Source: Octopus sinensis
Lineage: Eukaryota
DNA: 64,000 nt
NCBI RefSeq assembly: GCF_006345805.1
Contig: NC_043015.1
Coordinates: 49,724,001 to 49,788,000, forward strand
Direction of reading: 5' to 3'
Notes under the pieces: generated by a model
What the model was told of the DNA's origin: nothing
The model's input: only the letters and a program-made list of their open reading frames with translations
The model's database searches: none
Shown: one piece after another, positions 1-12,947 of the stretch
Layout: each line of letters opens with the position of its first letter
Position numbering within the stretch: the first letter of the stretch is position 1
Program-made: the position numbers and the translations under genes

Positions 1-151
1 AATGATGGTGTGTTTTCGTCCCCGTAAGCTAGCGGTTTGGCAAAAAGAGACCGATAGAATAAGTACTGGGCTTACAAAGAATAAGTCCCGGGGTCGATTT
101 GCTCGACTAAAGGCGGTGCTCCAGCATGGCCGCAGTCAAATGACTGAAACA
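1..151 (+). mobile_element. SINE family A, 3' part (cut by window edge)
   Basis: Contains ttagcggtttggcaaaaagagaccgatagaataagtac...ggcggtgctccagcatggccgcagtcaaatgactgaaac, identical in structure to the tails of full copies at 4804-5163 and 60625-61069. Confidence 0.85.
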
Positions 152-360
152 CGACCGAATATAGAATTTATATATAAAATCTAGCACCGAAGGCCAGAGC
201 TGTAGGAGATCGCATGATTTGCTAGAAATAGCAACCATGTCTCCCTCAAACCAGAACTCTCCGTTTTAAAGTGAGACACATTTGATAATGTATTCCAAGG
301 TAGACTAACTTCGAGAATAAAAGACAATGTATCTACATCTATAGCTGGGTCTGTCTTACG

Positions 361-936
361 TTTCTTATTTCTTTACTGCCCAGAAGGGGCTAAACGCAGA
401 AGGGACAGACAAACGGATTAAGTCGATTATATCGACCCCAGTGCGTAACTAGTATTTATTTAATCGACCCTGAAACGATGAAAGGCAAAGTCGACCTCGG
501 CGGAATTTGAACTCAGAACGTAGCGGCAGACAAAATACCTATTTCTTTACTACCCACAAGGGGCTACACACAGACAAAGGGATTAAGTCGATTATATCGA
601 CCCCAGTGCGTAACTGGTACTTATTTAATCGACCCCGAAAGGATGAAAGACAAGGTTGACCTCGGCGGAATTTGACTCAGAACGTAAAGACGAGCGAAAT
701 ACCTATTTCTTTACGACCCACAAGGGGCTAAACACAGAAGGGACAAACAAGGACAGACAAAGGGATTAAGTCGATTATATCGACCCCAGTGCGTAACTGG
801 TACTTATTTAATCGACCCCGAAAGGATGAAAGGCACAGTCGACCTCGGTGGAATTTGAACTCAGAACGTAACGGCAGACGAAATACGGCTACGCATTTCG
901 CCCGGCGTGCTAACGGTTCTGCCAGCTCGCCGCCTT
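361..936 (-). mobile_element. SINE family B tandem trimer (one head, three bodies)
   Basis: Head aaggcggcgagctggcaga.. at 936 with B-box gagttcaaattcc; three ~170-190 bp bodies joined at aagaaatag|gtattt. Confidence 0.9.
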
Positions 937-1724
937 CTTCGCCAATACATATGTGTGTGCGTATGCGTGTGTGTAGAAATATGCAAATAATGCGACAAAG
1001 CGATAAACCGGGATATTAAATACTACAGCATTTAACCTCTCCAGCTTGAATATCTAATAATATTTCTTCCGGATGACTTCAGTCAAACCTAAACATGAGT
1101 GTGCATCTCTCCGTTTGTGGGTTGCTGTGCTCTTTCCCCTCTTCTCTTCCACCACTTCTGCTCTCTCTCGCCCTCTTTATTCTCTCTCTCTCTCTCCCCC
1201 CCTCCCTTTTTCTGCTCGTTGAAAATCTGTTTCATATTTGAATCCAATTACAATCTAGTTAAAATTCCTTATACAGTTACTGTTGGTGGGTGGGTGGGTG
1301 GGTGATGGAGGAGGCCGTGGTGCAGGCGGCGGCGGCGGCAATCGTTTATGTCGTTAAAACCACTTTTTGACTTCATGATTAATTTGCGCATATGTCTCAT
1401 TAAAGAAAAGCAACAAAAAAAAAAATTTTTTTAAGACTAGTCCCTTAGGGGCGTACCACCGACGACTTCCGTTCCGTATCGCGTATCTAGGGCAAATCAG
1501 CACTACTGTACTTAACCATCCCTAAGTTATAGAACCCACAAGAAACCTTCAACTGTCTAAACACTACATGTTTACCACCGTTTCTCTGTTGGTTAGCTGT
1601 GCCACCACCTGATGGTACCTATTAACAGCTAAACGAAGTGAGCTGTTGAAATTTAAGTGTCTTGACGTCGGGCTATCGTAGGATACGGAACGAGAACCCA
1701 TTGGTGTGTAGTTTCGTATCTTGT

Positions 1725-1946
1725 TTACTTTGTGATTCGATATTTTGACAGCGGCCATACTGGAGTACCGCCTCTCGTCGAACATATCGACTCCAGGACT
1801 TATTTTTTGTAAGCCTAATATTTATTTATTCTATCGGTCTTTTTTGCCGAATCGCTAAGTTACGAAGACGTAAACACCAACATCGATTATCAAGCGATTG
1901 GGAGGCGCGAACACAGACACAAAGACATATAAATACATACATACGT

Positions 1947-1983
<37 letters not shown>

Positions 1984-2142
1984 CGCCGGGCTTCTTTCAG
2001 TTTCCGTCTACCAAATCCACTCACAAGGCTTTGATCGGCCCGAAGTCATAGTAGAAGACACTTGCCCGAGGTGCCACGCAGTGGAACTGAACCCGGAACC
2101 ATATGGATGGGAAGCAAGCTTCCTACCACACCGCCGCGCCTG
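1725..2142 (-). mobile_element. SINE family A, near full length
   Basis: tRNA-like head (B-box ggttcagttcc on minus strand), body gaagacacttgcc/gtagacggaaactgaaagaagccc, internal (CA)n(TA)n, family tail. Confidence 0.85.
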
Positions 2143-4295
2143 CGCCTATCCACATGCTTGCTTTTTTGGGGGGATGGGGTCAATATTTGTCTGTTAGCGA
2201 AGTCCCATGTAAAATTACTTTTTGTTTTAATCTTGGAATTAAATGGTTTTGATTTACTGTCATATGACTTTTGGCCAATATATAAAACAATTTAAAATTA
2301 AATAATATCTATATTCACAAAATTAAGCGAGGGAGGCGTCTAAACATTGTCGCGGATCTCATACGGCCCACGATCTGTATATTTAACATCTCTGGTCTCC
2401 ATTGGTAGGTCAAGACGTTGGAAACTGCTCCACTTTGTAGCCTTTTCCAAACTGGATGCCAGATAGAAAACAAAAATGGAGGAGCTTTGGTCTTATTTAA
2501 TAATCCCAGTATGCGACGTCCTTTCTTTTCCAAGACAGTAGGGTGTAATTCAAGAGATGTTTAGCTGCTATTCCTAGCAGGTTGCCGACCCGACGGTACA
2601 CGGCTCCTTCGTTAGTTTCTCTATGTTTCTGCTTATGAAAGTACGTTTATTTTGGTTGTGGCTGAACAGGCGAAAACTTGTGTCACAGATTAAGGTGCAT
2701 AGACACCACGCTTGTTTTGCATTCTACATTCTTAGAACGACGAGGCATTGTTATGTCGATGTTAATGAAAGACCGACCGAATTTACATTACTCTAGATTC
2801 CATTCTTCACTCGTTCATTCATTAACAGGTACGTTCATTCTTTCAGACGTGTTGGCAGAAGTTATTCCAGCTCTTTTGATCAACAGAACGAAACAATTTA
2901 CTTTCGCTTACACGTCAACATAACGCACATACACACACAAACACCCACACATATGCTCATTGCTGTTGAAGACAAATAAATAAATGAACAGCGGTAAATA
3001 TAAATAAAATAGAGAAAAGACAGAGCAATGTGGGTTAGGTAAGGTTTCAGATTGCCAAATACACTTGGGGTATTTTTATGCACTCAAAAACAAATCTTTC
3101 TAAACCGTTACAAGATCAGCAGCTGTCTTTTACAACCGAAAAGAGAGAAAAAAAAAGACAAACAAACAAAAAAAGCAGAGAGAGAGAGAAGCCGTTCGGT
3201 GATGCATTCGAAACTGCTATCTGACTTAGAGTATCACCTCATAAACAGTTACATTGTTTTTACATGTCACTCGATAGCCTTGCTTCACACAAAAAGCTTC
3301 TTGCTTACGATCTAGTTTCTTTTCCTTTTTTTTTCATTTTTGTTTTACGTTTAGCTTTAGCTCAATATCACATACACACACGGAGTTACAGACATACTTA
3401 TTTGCATGTTTGTGTTATCTAGATTTCTTTTGTCTTGCTTACAAGATATATATATGTGTGTTATTTCATAATTCAATCTATGTAAAGTTCAGTGTTTTGT
3501 TAATAATACTAATACTTCGAGTATGAGTTGCTCATATTCAATTTTTTTAAATTCTTATCTTTTCGCATGTTGTTAGGTGCATTAGTGTCAGTATGAGCTG
3601 ATTATTATTATTATAATTCATATCTCATTTTGTGTGACGTCAATTTTCAATTGACTTCTAATCTCTACAGTAAGCCGCGTCTTTCCGTATGGATGTTGCT
3701 TCCTTTCTTCCCTTCGGATGAATACTTAAGATTATATATTAAAGCCTTAAACCATTTTTCTCCTAATATTTTCAAGTTTTATTGTTTGTGTATGTATGTG
3801 TTTGCGCGCGCTGTTTTGCACAATATTAAAGGTACATTTTCAGTCTCCAGATAATATTAGTGTATGTTCACCAATGTAGGTTAAGTTACGATTTGAGCAA
3901 CAATTGCTAAAACAGCTGACTTTGTATATGTATATATATATATATAATATATATATATATATTGTTGGTTATTCTAGCATGAGTTTTCTTTTTCCTTTTC
4001 TTTCCTTTTTTCTCTCTTTTCGAAAAATTTAATATTCGTTCGTAGTTTTGGTGTTATCGCTATCTCTTGCAGAAGTTTCATTTGCGTGAAGCCGTCTTCT
4101 TTCAATTGATATAACATCAAAGCGCCAGTTTTAGGCACGCTCTACTTCGTAGCGTTGAATATTCTTGCATTGGACACGCACCATTACCACGACCAAAAAG
4201 TAAATTGTAATTATTATAAAATGGTACGAACTAAAACGAAATTCGGTGTTCTTTAGAATGTGTTTTGATAAAAAGTCCCCGTCTCTCTATATATA

Positions 4296-4688
4296 TACTC
4301 TTTACTCTTTTACTTGTTTCAGTCATTTGACTGTGGCCATGCTAGAGCACTGCCTTTAGTCGAGCAAATCGACCCCAGGACTTATTCTTTGTAAGGCTAC
4401 TACTTATTCTATCGGTCTCTTTTTCCGAACCGCTAAGTTACGGGTACATAAACACACCACCATCGTTTGTCAAGCAATGCTAGGGGGACAAACACAGACA
4501 CACAAACACACACGCGCATATATATATATGTATGTATATATATACGACGGGCTTCTTTCGGTTTCCGTCTACCAAATCCACTCACAAGGCTTTGGTCGGT
4601 CCAAGGCTATAGTAGTAGACACTTGCCCAAGGTGCCACGCGGTGGGACTGAACCCGGAACCATGTGGTTGGTACACACAGCCACTCCT
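4296..4688 (-). mobile_element. SINE family A, full length
   Basis: Head ggagtggctgtgtg..ggttccgggttcagtccc, internal microsatellite, tail gaaacaagtaaaagagtaaaga on minus strand. Confidence 0.9.
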
Positions 4689-4803
4689 ACGCCTATATTT
4701 GCTTTATTTTATGCATTTCGTGCCTCATCTTGGAAGCGAAAAGGGCGCAATCGTAGTCTTCAGGAAATTGGAAATCTTGAATTTGGAATGAAAGTAAAAT
4801 ATT

Positions 4804-5163
4804 TGGTAAGTAGCTTGCTTACCAACCACATGGTACCGGGTTCATTCCCACTGCGTGGCACCTTGGGTAAGTGTCTTCTACTATAGCCTCGGGCTGACCA
4901 AAGCCTTGTGAGTGGATTTGGTAGACGGAAACTGAAAGAAGCCCGTCGTATATATGTATATATATGTGCGTGTTTGTGTCTGTATCGCTTGATAACCGAT
5001 GCTGGTGTGTTTATGTCCCCGTTACTTAGCGGTTCGGCAAAAAGAGACCGATATAATAAGTACTGGGCTTACAAAGAATAAGTCTTGGGGTCGATTTGCT
5101 CGACTAAAAACGGTGGTGCTCCAGCATGGCCACAGTCAAATGACTGAAACAAGTAAAAGAGTA
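4804..5163 (+). mobile_element. SINE family A (head-to-head with 4296-4688)
   Basis: tggtaagtagcttgcttaccaaccacatggtaccgggttcattccc...gactgaaacaagtaaaagagta. Confidence 0.9.
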
Positions 5164-6405
5164 ATACGTTAATGACATGCTGGCTGGTTTGTTTGTTGGT
5201 TGGCTCACGAGAGAGAGATGTAGGAGTCGAAGGGGACATATATATATATAGACAGGCGAAAAGAGAAATTGAGAAATAATTCGATCCTATTAAGCAGATA
5301 TATTATGTGTTGCCTGTAGAGCTGACAGATATGGGAGACTGTTTTTTTATTTTTGTTTTAATTTTTTTTTTTTTTTTGTTTAATAACATTACTAATTGTT
5401 GACTCTGCATATTTTCAACGTTGATCATTTTTCCGCAGGGTCGTTCGGTCGGTCGGCTGACTGGCTGTCTGGCTGGCTTGCTGATCGGTTGGTTAGTGGT
5501 GGGGGTGGGGGGAATTTCTAAAATAAAAGAGCGTCGGCTTAAAAATCAAAAAATAATATATATATATCCTTTACGTAACAAAAACAAACGAAAAATACTC
5601 AGCAATTTCCTACACACACACACATACACCCACATTCTCTCTCTATTCCCCCTCCCCTCCACACACACACTTGATACTATCGTTTCTTCCTCCCCCTCTC
5701 TCCCTAATCATACCCCGGTTTCCCTCTATCACTTCGTTCTCCAGTTTATGGTGTTGTACCGTTTAATCCAACACTCATACCCTCCCCCTCCCCCTCCATT
5801 CTCCCCCCCCCCCGACATTCATCCGATACGTTTCTTCCCATTTTACCTCTCAGCTTCCCCTTTCCACTGCGTCACCTACTACTCTTCTTCCTCCTCCTCC
5901 TTCCTCCTCCTCCTCCCCTCTCCTCCTCCTCCTTCCTCCTTATCTAACTAGTCGATCTTTCAATTTACTTTTTTCTTCTTCCATCATTATCATCTTAATG
6001 TTTTTTCCTCTTGTTTTTTTTTGGGGGGGGGGGGCATTTTTTTTGTTGTTGCTTTTTTGTCATTTTTTGGGGGGATTTTTTTTTTTTTTTTTTTTTTGTC
6101 AGCCACACAAAACAAAAAAAAAAATTGTTAAAAAAAAAATGTAATAAACCAACATTTCTTCGCTTCGCTTCCTGCAGTTTCCTCTCATTATTATTATCAT
6201 CGTCATCATCATCATCGTCGTCGTCGTCATCGTCGTCATCGCTGCTACTGCTGTTTTTTCGTCGCATTCGTCGTCTTGTCTTACGTCTAGTAAATATCTC
6301 CCGATATTTATCCTTTTTCTTCTGTTACTCCTTCGTCATCGTCGTGTTTCTTTCTTTCTTTCTTTTTCTTCTTCTTCTTCCCCCGTCGCCATCCCTCAAT
6401 GTTAT

Positions 6406-6453
<48 letters not shown>

Positions 6454-6529
6454 CGTCTGATCCTAAGAGGACGATCAATAACTCTTCATTTTCTCGCATC
6501 GTAACATCACAAACTCTCTCCTTTTAAAC

Positions 6530-6613
6530 GCATTGGCTCTTTGTCTCTTTCTGTCTGTCTGTCTCTCTCTCTCTCTCTGTCTTTCTCTGTCTGTCTCTCT
6601 CTCTCTCTCTCTT

Positions 6614-6666
<53 letters not shown>

Positions 6667-6675
6667 TTCTCTCTT

Positions 6676-6710
<35 letters not shown>

Positions 6711-6847
6711 TTCTTTCTCTCTTTCCCTCTTTCTTTCTCTCTTTCCCTCTTTCTTTCTCTCTCTCTTTCCCTCTTTCTTTCTCTCTCTCTTTCCCTCTCT
6801 CTTTCTCTCTCTATTTCTCTCTCTTTCCTCTCTCTTTCCCTCTCTCT

Positions 6848-6905
<58 letters not shown>
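6530..6905. repeat. (CT)n-derived degenerate microsatellite followed by (TA)n
   Basis: Direct inspection. Confidence 0.95.
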
Positions 6906-7664
6906 TGTAATCTCTTGAAGACACCCTTGCTACCTCTCTTGTTCTCTCAGTATGTCAGTCTCTCCTTCTCTGCTGTCTCCTCTTTCTCTCCTCCCCACTT
7001 CTTCCCTAATGCGACTCACGTCATTCACCATCTCCTCTCCTCTACCATACACCTCCTCCCTCCCTTCTTTTCTCTTGCTGTAATATTTCCTTTCGCTTCT
7101 TCTGCTTTTTTTTTCTTCCTTCTTGTTCTTTCTCCCAGTCTACCATTGCGGCAAATTCTTCTTTAATCCATTCCACCTCCTCTCTCGCCATTCCACCTTA
7201 CATTAGAAACCAAAGTCGACACCAGCACCAACGACACCAGCCGCAATATGAAAATGTCTCTCTCTCTCTCTCTCTCTCTGGAGAAGAGAGAAGAGAGTTA
7301 TTATGTAAATGATTGCTGTCTGTACCGATCGAACTAGTGACAATGCTTGTCGCATCCCCGCACTTTCTCAGATAAGAAACGGTTTCTTGTGGAAACTAAT
7401 AGGAAGAAATAAGCAAACGCTTTCCATTATTGCTAATGAAACATTTCTATCTGTCTGTCTATCTCTGCTTGTCTATTTGTCTATCTCTGTCTGCCTGTCT
7501 GGCTACCTCACTATCTAACTATCTGTGCCATATATATGTGTGTTTTATATATATATATATATAATATATATATATAGTGTGTGTGTAGTATGTATGTATT
7601 CATACAGAGAGAGAGAAAGAAAGGAAAATAGGTATGCACATAACATGCGCATGTGTGTGTGTAT

Positions 7665-7688
7665 GCATAGATAGATAGATACAGAGAA

Positions 7689-7727
<39 letters not shown>

Positions 7728-7928
7728 CAGAGAAATAGATAGATAGATACAGAGAAATAGATAGATAGATAGATACAGAGAAATAGATAGATAGATAGAT
7801 ACAGAGAGATAGATAGATAGATAGATACAGAGAGATAGATAGATAGATAGATACAGAGAGATAGATAGATAGATAGATAGATACAGAGAGATAGATAGAT
7901 AGATAGAGAGATAGATAGATACAGAGAA

Positions 7929-7970
<42 letters not shown>

Positions 7971-7995
7971 GGACTGATTGATTGAAAGATAGATA
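7665..7995. repeat. (GATA)n tract with periodic acagaga(a/g) interruptions
   Basis: Direct inspection. Confidence 0.95.
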
Positions 7996-8230
7996 ATTTC
8001 TTTATTGGCCACACAGGGCTAAACACAGAAGGGACAATTACAATGTAGAGTTTTTCTTTTCGAGCGGGGCGAAAGAAAAGAAAAGTGGGAAGGGCAACGA
8101 TCAAAATGGATCGAAATCGTTGGGAATATATGCAAAAAATGTCGGGATAGTACAAAAAGTTCCCAAGAAATGGGGAGGTTTATCTGTGGAAAGAAAAACC
8201 TACGAAAAGACCACAGTAACCTCGGGCAAT
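7996..8230 (-). mobile_element. Tx1-like LINE 3' UTR remnant ending in (TATC)n
   Basis: Minus strand ends gtaattgtcccttctgtgtttagccctgtgtggccaataaagaaat-tatctatct; the terminal gccc..gtggccaataaa motif matches the 3' end of the Tx1 at 31125-31150. Confidence 0.6.
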
Positions 8231-8310
8231 TATGTCATATATTAACATTTATTTACAAATAAGTAACTCTGTATTAATTTTTTTTTTTTGATAGATAGAT
8301 AAATAGATAT

Positions 8311-8433
8311 GTTTCTTTTTTAGCCACGCAGAGCTGAACACAGAGGGGACAAATTACAAAGTAGAGCTTTTCTTTTTGAGGAGAAAAAGAAAAAAAAAGC
8401 GGGGGGTAGTTTTTCGATCAAAAGGGATCGTAA
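8311..8433 (-). mobile_element. Second Tx1-like 3' UTR remnant of the same subfamily, in GATA repeats
   Basis: Minus strand gtaatttgtcccctctgtgttcagctctgcgtggctaaaaaagaaac-atatctatttatctatc; shares cgatcaaaa..ggatcg with the 7996-8230 copy. Confidence 0.55.
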
Positions 8434-8739
8434 TAGATAGCTGGACTGATAGATAGATAAACAGTTGGATTGATAGATAAACTAACACTTGGATAGATGT
8501 GAGCGCACGAACACAAAACAGATTGAAATAGGGTAAAAAATGACACGAGGAAAATAAAGACCCACCCCCTCTATCTGATTCTATTCCAGTTGTATCTACC
8601 CGAATAATCCATTCACCAGTTCTTTGACGGAAATTTCTCATGATTTCTTAATTAGTTCCCTTATCTACCTCTCTAACTTATTCGACACTGAGAGAAAAAA
8701 GAATGATTTAGGCGACTCCATCTTAACATTATTATTATT

Positions 8740-9060
8740 GGCCAGCATAAATGGACCAATTCTGAGGTTTCGCCTGTAATTGAAAAAGGTATTATAAAAG
8801 GAGAAAGGGGCTCTCTACCCCCCTTTTGACCAGGCTCCCGTAGCTTTTATGGGTTTTTCCACGTGAGACCTTTTCTTTTTTCGAAGCGTCTCCTATATTG
8901 GGAGTATTGTAAATTGTTGAATTTTTTCGTTGTTGTAAAGCTTTTTTACACGGACTTTTTTCTTTCGAAAAACGGACAAAACCTTTTGTAACTTTTCGTC
9001 CTGTTTTGTCCCTGTATGTTTCCCAATATTTGTCAGCCCTTGTGGCCAATAAAAAGAATT
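8740..9060 (+). mobile_element. 5'-truncated copy of the Tx1 family (last ORF2 codons plus 3' UTR)
   Basis: Aligns by eye with 30837-31150 (ggaccaattctgaggtttcgcctg...gtcagcccttgtggccaataaaaagaa); (att)4 immediately upstream and (att)8 downstream. Confidence 0.9.
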
Positions 9061-9084
9061 TATTATTATTATTATTATTATTAT

Positions 9085-9290
9085 TAGCACCCCGGACAAA
9101 ATGCATAGCGGCTTTTTGTCCACTTTTACACACCTAGTTCAAATTCCGCCGAGGTCGACTTCACCTTTCGTGCCTTTTAAAGGTTGATGTATTAAGTACC
9201 AGCCAAATACTTGAGGCTGGGATTAGGGTTAGGGTTAACTTGCTCGCTCCCCACAAATTTTGGGGGTCTCGTGCCTGTTTTTGTTGGTGG
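9085..9290 (+). mobile_element. Old diverged SINE-B (tail type 2)
   Basis: agttcaaattccgccgaggtcgac core; tail ccccacaaattttgggggtctcgtgcct. Confidence 0.65.
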
Positions 9291-9877
9291 TTATTGCATT
9301 CCATTGCCCACGAGCTGGCATTCAATATAGAAAGCGTTCCAATCATGACCTTCCTGTCATTATCTTTGGCAGGCATCTTCCACACCATTCGATGTGCACC
9401 TTAAACAACACCCAAAAGTAACCCCCTATTTTTTTTTTGTATCTAACCCCTTTTCGTCTGGCATTGACACCTCTCTAAGGGCAACAGCCATCTTTTCAAT
9501 TTTCTTTTTTTTTTTGTTACTTCGCGGTTTGAAAATTACTATGACAACGACGACGTGACATCTCTTTTCTATTAATGTCAGACATCATTAGGCTTGTTTT
9601 TTTTTCCTTTTTATTTGTTTCTAACCAAATTATTCATTAATGATATATCATATCGTCTCCTTTCCTCATCTCTTTCCCTCCCCACTCTCCTTCCCATCTC
9701 TCCCTTCCCCTCTCTTTTTTCCCTACTCCATCTCTTCTCTCCTCTTCTTTTTCGAACTGTTAAATTGGTGTGTAACTGTTCTTTCCTGCGTTTTAACAAT
9801 CATTTATGCTTTTATCTTTATTTGTTGTTATTGTTACTGCTGCTGCTGCTGCTGTTGCTGTTGCTGTTGTTGTTGTT

Positions 9878-10469
9878 AAGGCGGCGACATGGCAGAAACG
9901 TTAGCACGCCGGGCGAAATGCGTAGCCGTATTTCGTCTGCCGTTCGTTCTTGTTTCAAATTCCGCTGAGGTCGACTTTGCGTTTCATCCTTTCGGGGTCG
10001 ATAATTAAGTTTCAGTTACGCCTGGGGTCAATGTACGACTTATCGTTTGTGTCTGTCCTTGTTTGTCTTTTTCTTTTTTAAGCCCCTTGTGAGTAATAAA
10101 GAAAAGGTGTTTCGTCTGTCTTTACGTTCTGAGTTCAAATTCCGCCGAGGTCGACTTGGCCTTTCGTCCTTTCGAGGTCGATTAAATAAGTACCAAGTTT
10201 ACGCACTGGGGTCGATGTAATCGACTTAATCCGTTTGTCTGTCCTTGTTTGTCCTCTCTGTTTAGCCCCTTGTGGGTAGTAAAGAAATAGGTATTTCGTC
10301 TTTCTTTACGTTCTGAGTTCAAATTCCGGCGAGGTCGACTTTGCCTTTCATCATTTCGGGGTCGATAAATCAAGTACCAGTTGCGTACTGGAGTCAATCT
10401 AATCTACTGGGTCCCTCCCCACAAATTTCAGGCCTTGTACCTATAGTAGAAAGGATTATTATTATTATT
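9878..10469 (+). mobile_element. SINE-B tandem trimer: two tail-1 bodies then one tail-2 body plus (att)n
   Basis: Head at 9878; junctions aaagaaaag|gtgtttcg (~10107) and aaagaaatag|gtatttcg (~10290); ends caggccttgtacctatagtagaaaggattattatt. Confidence 0.9.
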
Positions 10470-10693
10470 AAGGCGGCGAGCTCGCAGAATCGTTTTGCAC
10501 ACCGGACGAAATGCTTAGCAGTATTTCGTATGCCGTTACGTTCAGAGTTCAAATTCCGCCGAGGTCGACTTTGCCTTTCGTCCTTTCGGAGTCGATAAAT
10601 TAAGTATCAGTTGCGTACTGAGGTCTATCTAATTGACTGGCCCCCTCCCCCAAAATTTCGGGCTTTGTGCCTAGAGTAAAGATTATTATTATT
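10470..10693 (+). mobile_element. SINE-B monomer with tail type 2
   Basis: aaggcggcgagctcgcagaatcg... ends cgggctttgtgcctagagtaaagattattatt. Confidence 0.85.
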
Positions 10694-10696
10694 GTG

Positions 10697-10810
10697 AAGG
10701 CGCGTGGCCTAGTAGTTTAGGTGTTGCACACACGATCTGTAGATCGTGAGTTCGATTCCCTGACCGAACGGCACGTTGTGTTCTTGAACAAAATTCTTCG
10801 TTTCATGTTG
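10697..10810 (+). mobile_element. SINE family D head (tRNA-derived, CORE-like body)
   Basis: ggcgcgtggcctagtagtttagg (A box)..gagttcgattccc (B box)..gttgtgttcttgaacaaaa; matches 42845-42980. Confidence 0.7.
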
Positions 10811-10904
10811 GTGTGTTATCGACGTTTTTATCTACCGAATTCAATCTTCATTCGCAAGGCATTTATCGGCATACAGCTGTTGTGGATGTGACTTATGATC
10901 ACCA

Positions 10905-11063
10905 CCATCTCTTGACAATCGATGCTGGTGTGTTTACGTCCCCGTGACTTAGCGGTTTGGCAAAAAGTATCGATAGAATAAGCCGACTACTTCTAGGGTC
11001 GATTCATTTGACTAAAGGCGGTGCTCCAGCATGGCCGTAGTCAAATAACTGAAACAAGTAAAA
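10905..11063 (+). mobile_element. SINE-A 3' part
   Basis: cttgacaatcgatgctggtgtgtttacgtccc...ctgaaacaagtaaaac. Confidence 0.8.
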
Positions 11064-11427
11064 CAATATATCTGTACAGAAACGATGAAGAAAACTTCGA
11101 GTTCTATACGTCAATCGGGAAAAGATTCCTTTCTTGTTAACGTCTCCTCCTAACAGAAGCTAAAGCCTTTTTGATTGGTTTATGAGAAACACACACAAAC
11201 AAACAAAATCCTCCTATGAATACTCTTTAAACTGTAAACTATTTTTTCTAAATAAGAATTGTCTAACTTCGTAAAATGTTTCATTTAGCTTAATGTATTA
11301 TTTGCCTCGAGTTATGCCATGCTGGCGATTTCAAATAAGACTGAAATAGTGCAATGCATAGAAACCTAATGTGTAGGAAAAAAGAACATTTAAATGTATG
11401 AATTCTGTATACCGTCTTCTTTACTCT

Positions 11428-11505
11428 TACCGTATTTTCCGGCATACAAGTCGAAGTTTTAAAACCAAAATTTACAGCAAAAATTGTAGGTCAGTTTACA
11501 CACGA
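11428..11505 (+). mobile_element. Possible left end of a pogo/Tc2-type DNA transposon or MITE
   Basis: TA followed by ccgtattttccggcatacaagtcga resembles the CCGTATTTTCCGGCGTATAAG terminal repeat of this group (recalled motif); no matching right end found. Confidence 0.35.
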
Positions 11506-12446
11506 AACCATCTTTAGCGGAACAAAGTTTCCATGTGGAATACCCCAGGATCTAGAAAAACAGCGACGACATTTGAACGCTTATACCTCATTTTACACTA
11601 CACATATATATTATTTCGTACTTGTATGCTAGAAAATACGGTAAATTTCTAACTTCCAAACCAGCCTCAACCGAACTTAACCCGAAGGGATTGTCTCTCC
11701 TGTTGGGAGTACACCACATGGTTAAATATTTCTTGTACGCCACATTTATGCGTAGTAACATTTATTTTAACTCTGATACTAATCTTTATTTGCTTAGATA
11801 TTATAGCTATACCGGCTTATTGTCTTATCGTAGCACCAGTCAGTAGCTAATAACACATAAGATGGGAGTAGAGTCAAGACGCAAATAGATAATGTTAATG
11901 TTTACAAAGCATGTATATATACATATACGCACTGTATTTTTGTGTGTTGGTGTGCTTGTCTGTATGTGTTTATACAACTGCGTTATCTGCGTGGGGGGTG
12001 AATGACATTTTTATATTGAGAATCGATGTGCTACAAAACGTAACTGTATTATAACGGATGCAACATGGCACTCGCTCACACACATACAGACTCTCTCTCA
12101 CACACACACATACAGATTCTCACACACACACACACACTCTCGTTTTTTTTTTAGCCACAGACGCATGAACTTTCGTAACGTAAAAGGTACCAATTAAAAG
12201 GTGATCGAGCGATTATTGACTTTACGTTGTGTTGGAGGTGAATTACTTGACGCTTGTTAGAGGTGACAGAACGGAAATTGTAGTGTTCATCTTCCCACCA
12301 TCATCGTCTGTAGTAGTAGTAGTAGTAGTAGTAGTAACAGTAGTAGTAGTAGAGCAAATAAATGAATCATATTGTGAAAGACCTACAAATTAAAACCGGA
12401 TGCGGACACGATTCATTAGAAACGTCTTATACATGCTCTCTTTCAT

Positions 12447-12898
12447 TTACTCTTTTACTTTGTTTCAGTCATTTGACTTTGGCCATGCTGGAGCACCGCA
12501 TTTCAGATCGAGCAAATCGACCCCAGGGACTTATTCTTTGTAAGCCTAGTACTTATTCTATCGGTTCCTTTTGCCGAACCGCTAAGTTACGGGGACGTAA
12601 ACACATACCAGCATCGGTTGTCAAGCAATGTTGGGAAGACGAACACAGATGCACACACACCAAAAACCCACACACACATCACACACACACACACCCACAC
12701 ACACAACACACACAACACACACACCCCACCTTATATATATACACGACGGGCTTCTTTCAGTTTCCGTCTACCAAATCCACTTAAGACTTTGGTCGGCCCG
12801 AAGCTATAGTAGAAGACACTTGCCCAAGGTGCCACGCAGTGGGACTGATCCCGGAACAATGTGGTTCATAAGCAAGCTACTTACCACACAGTCACTCT
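12447..12898 (-). mobile_element. SINE family A, full length
   Basis: Head, body, expanded internal (CA)n and tail all present. Confidence 0.9.
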
Positions 12899-12910
12899 TG
12901 CGTCTATGTG

Positions 12911-12947
<37 letters not shown>

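Noticed and set aside
789-1019. Recurrent ORFs such as MRNWYL..RRNLNSER and GLLSVSVYQIHSQGF
   Set aside because: These are incidental frames of SINE-B and SINE-A, repeated because the SINEs are repeated.
5421-7166. Long ORFs here and at 7511-8155, 18267-18956, 31582-32221, 51414-56270 and 61666-63549
   Set aside because: They are translations of di-, tri- and tetranucleotide repeats, with no domain-like content.
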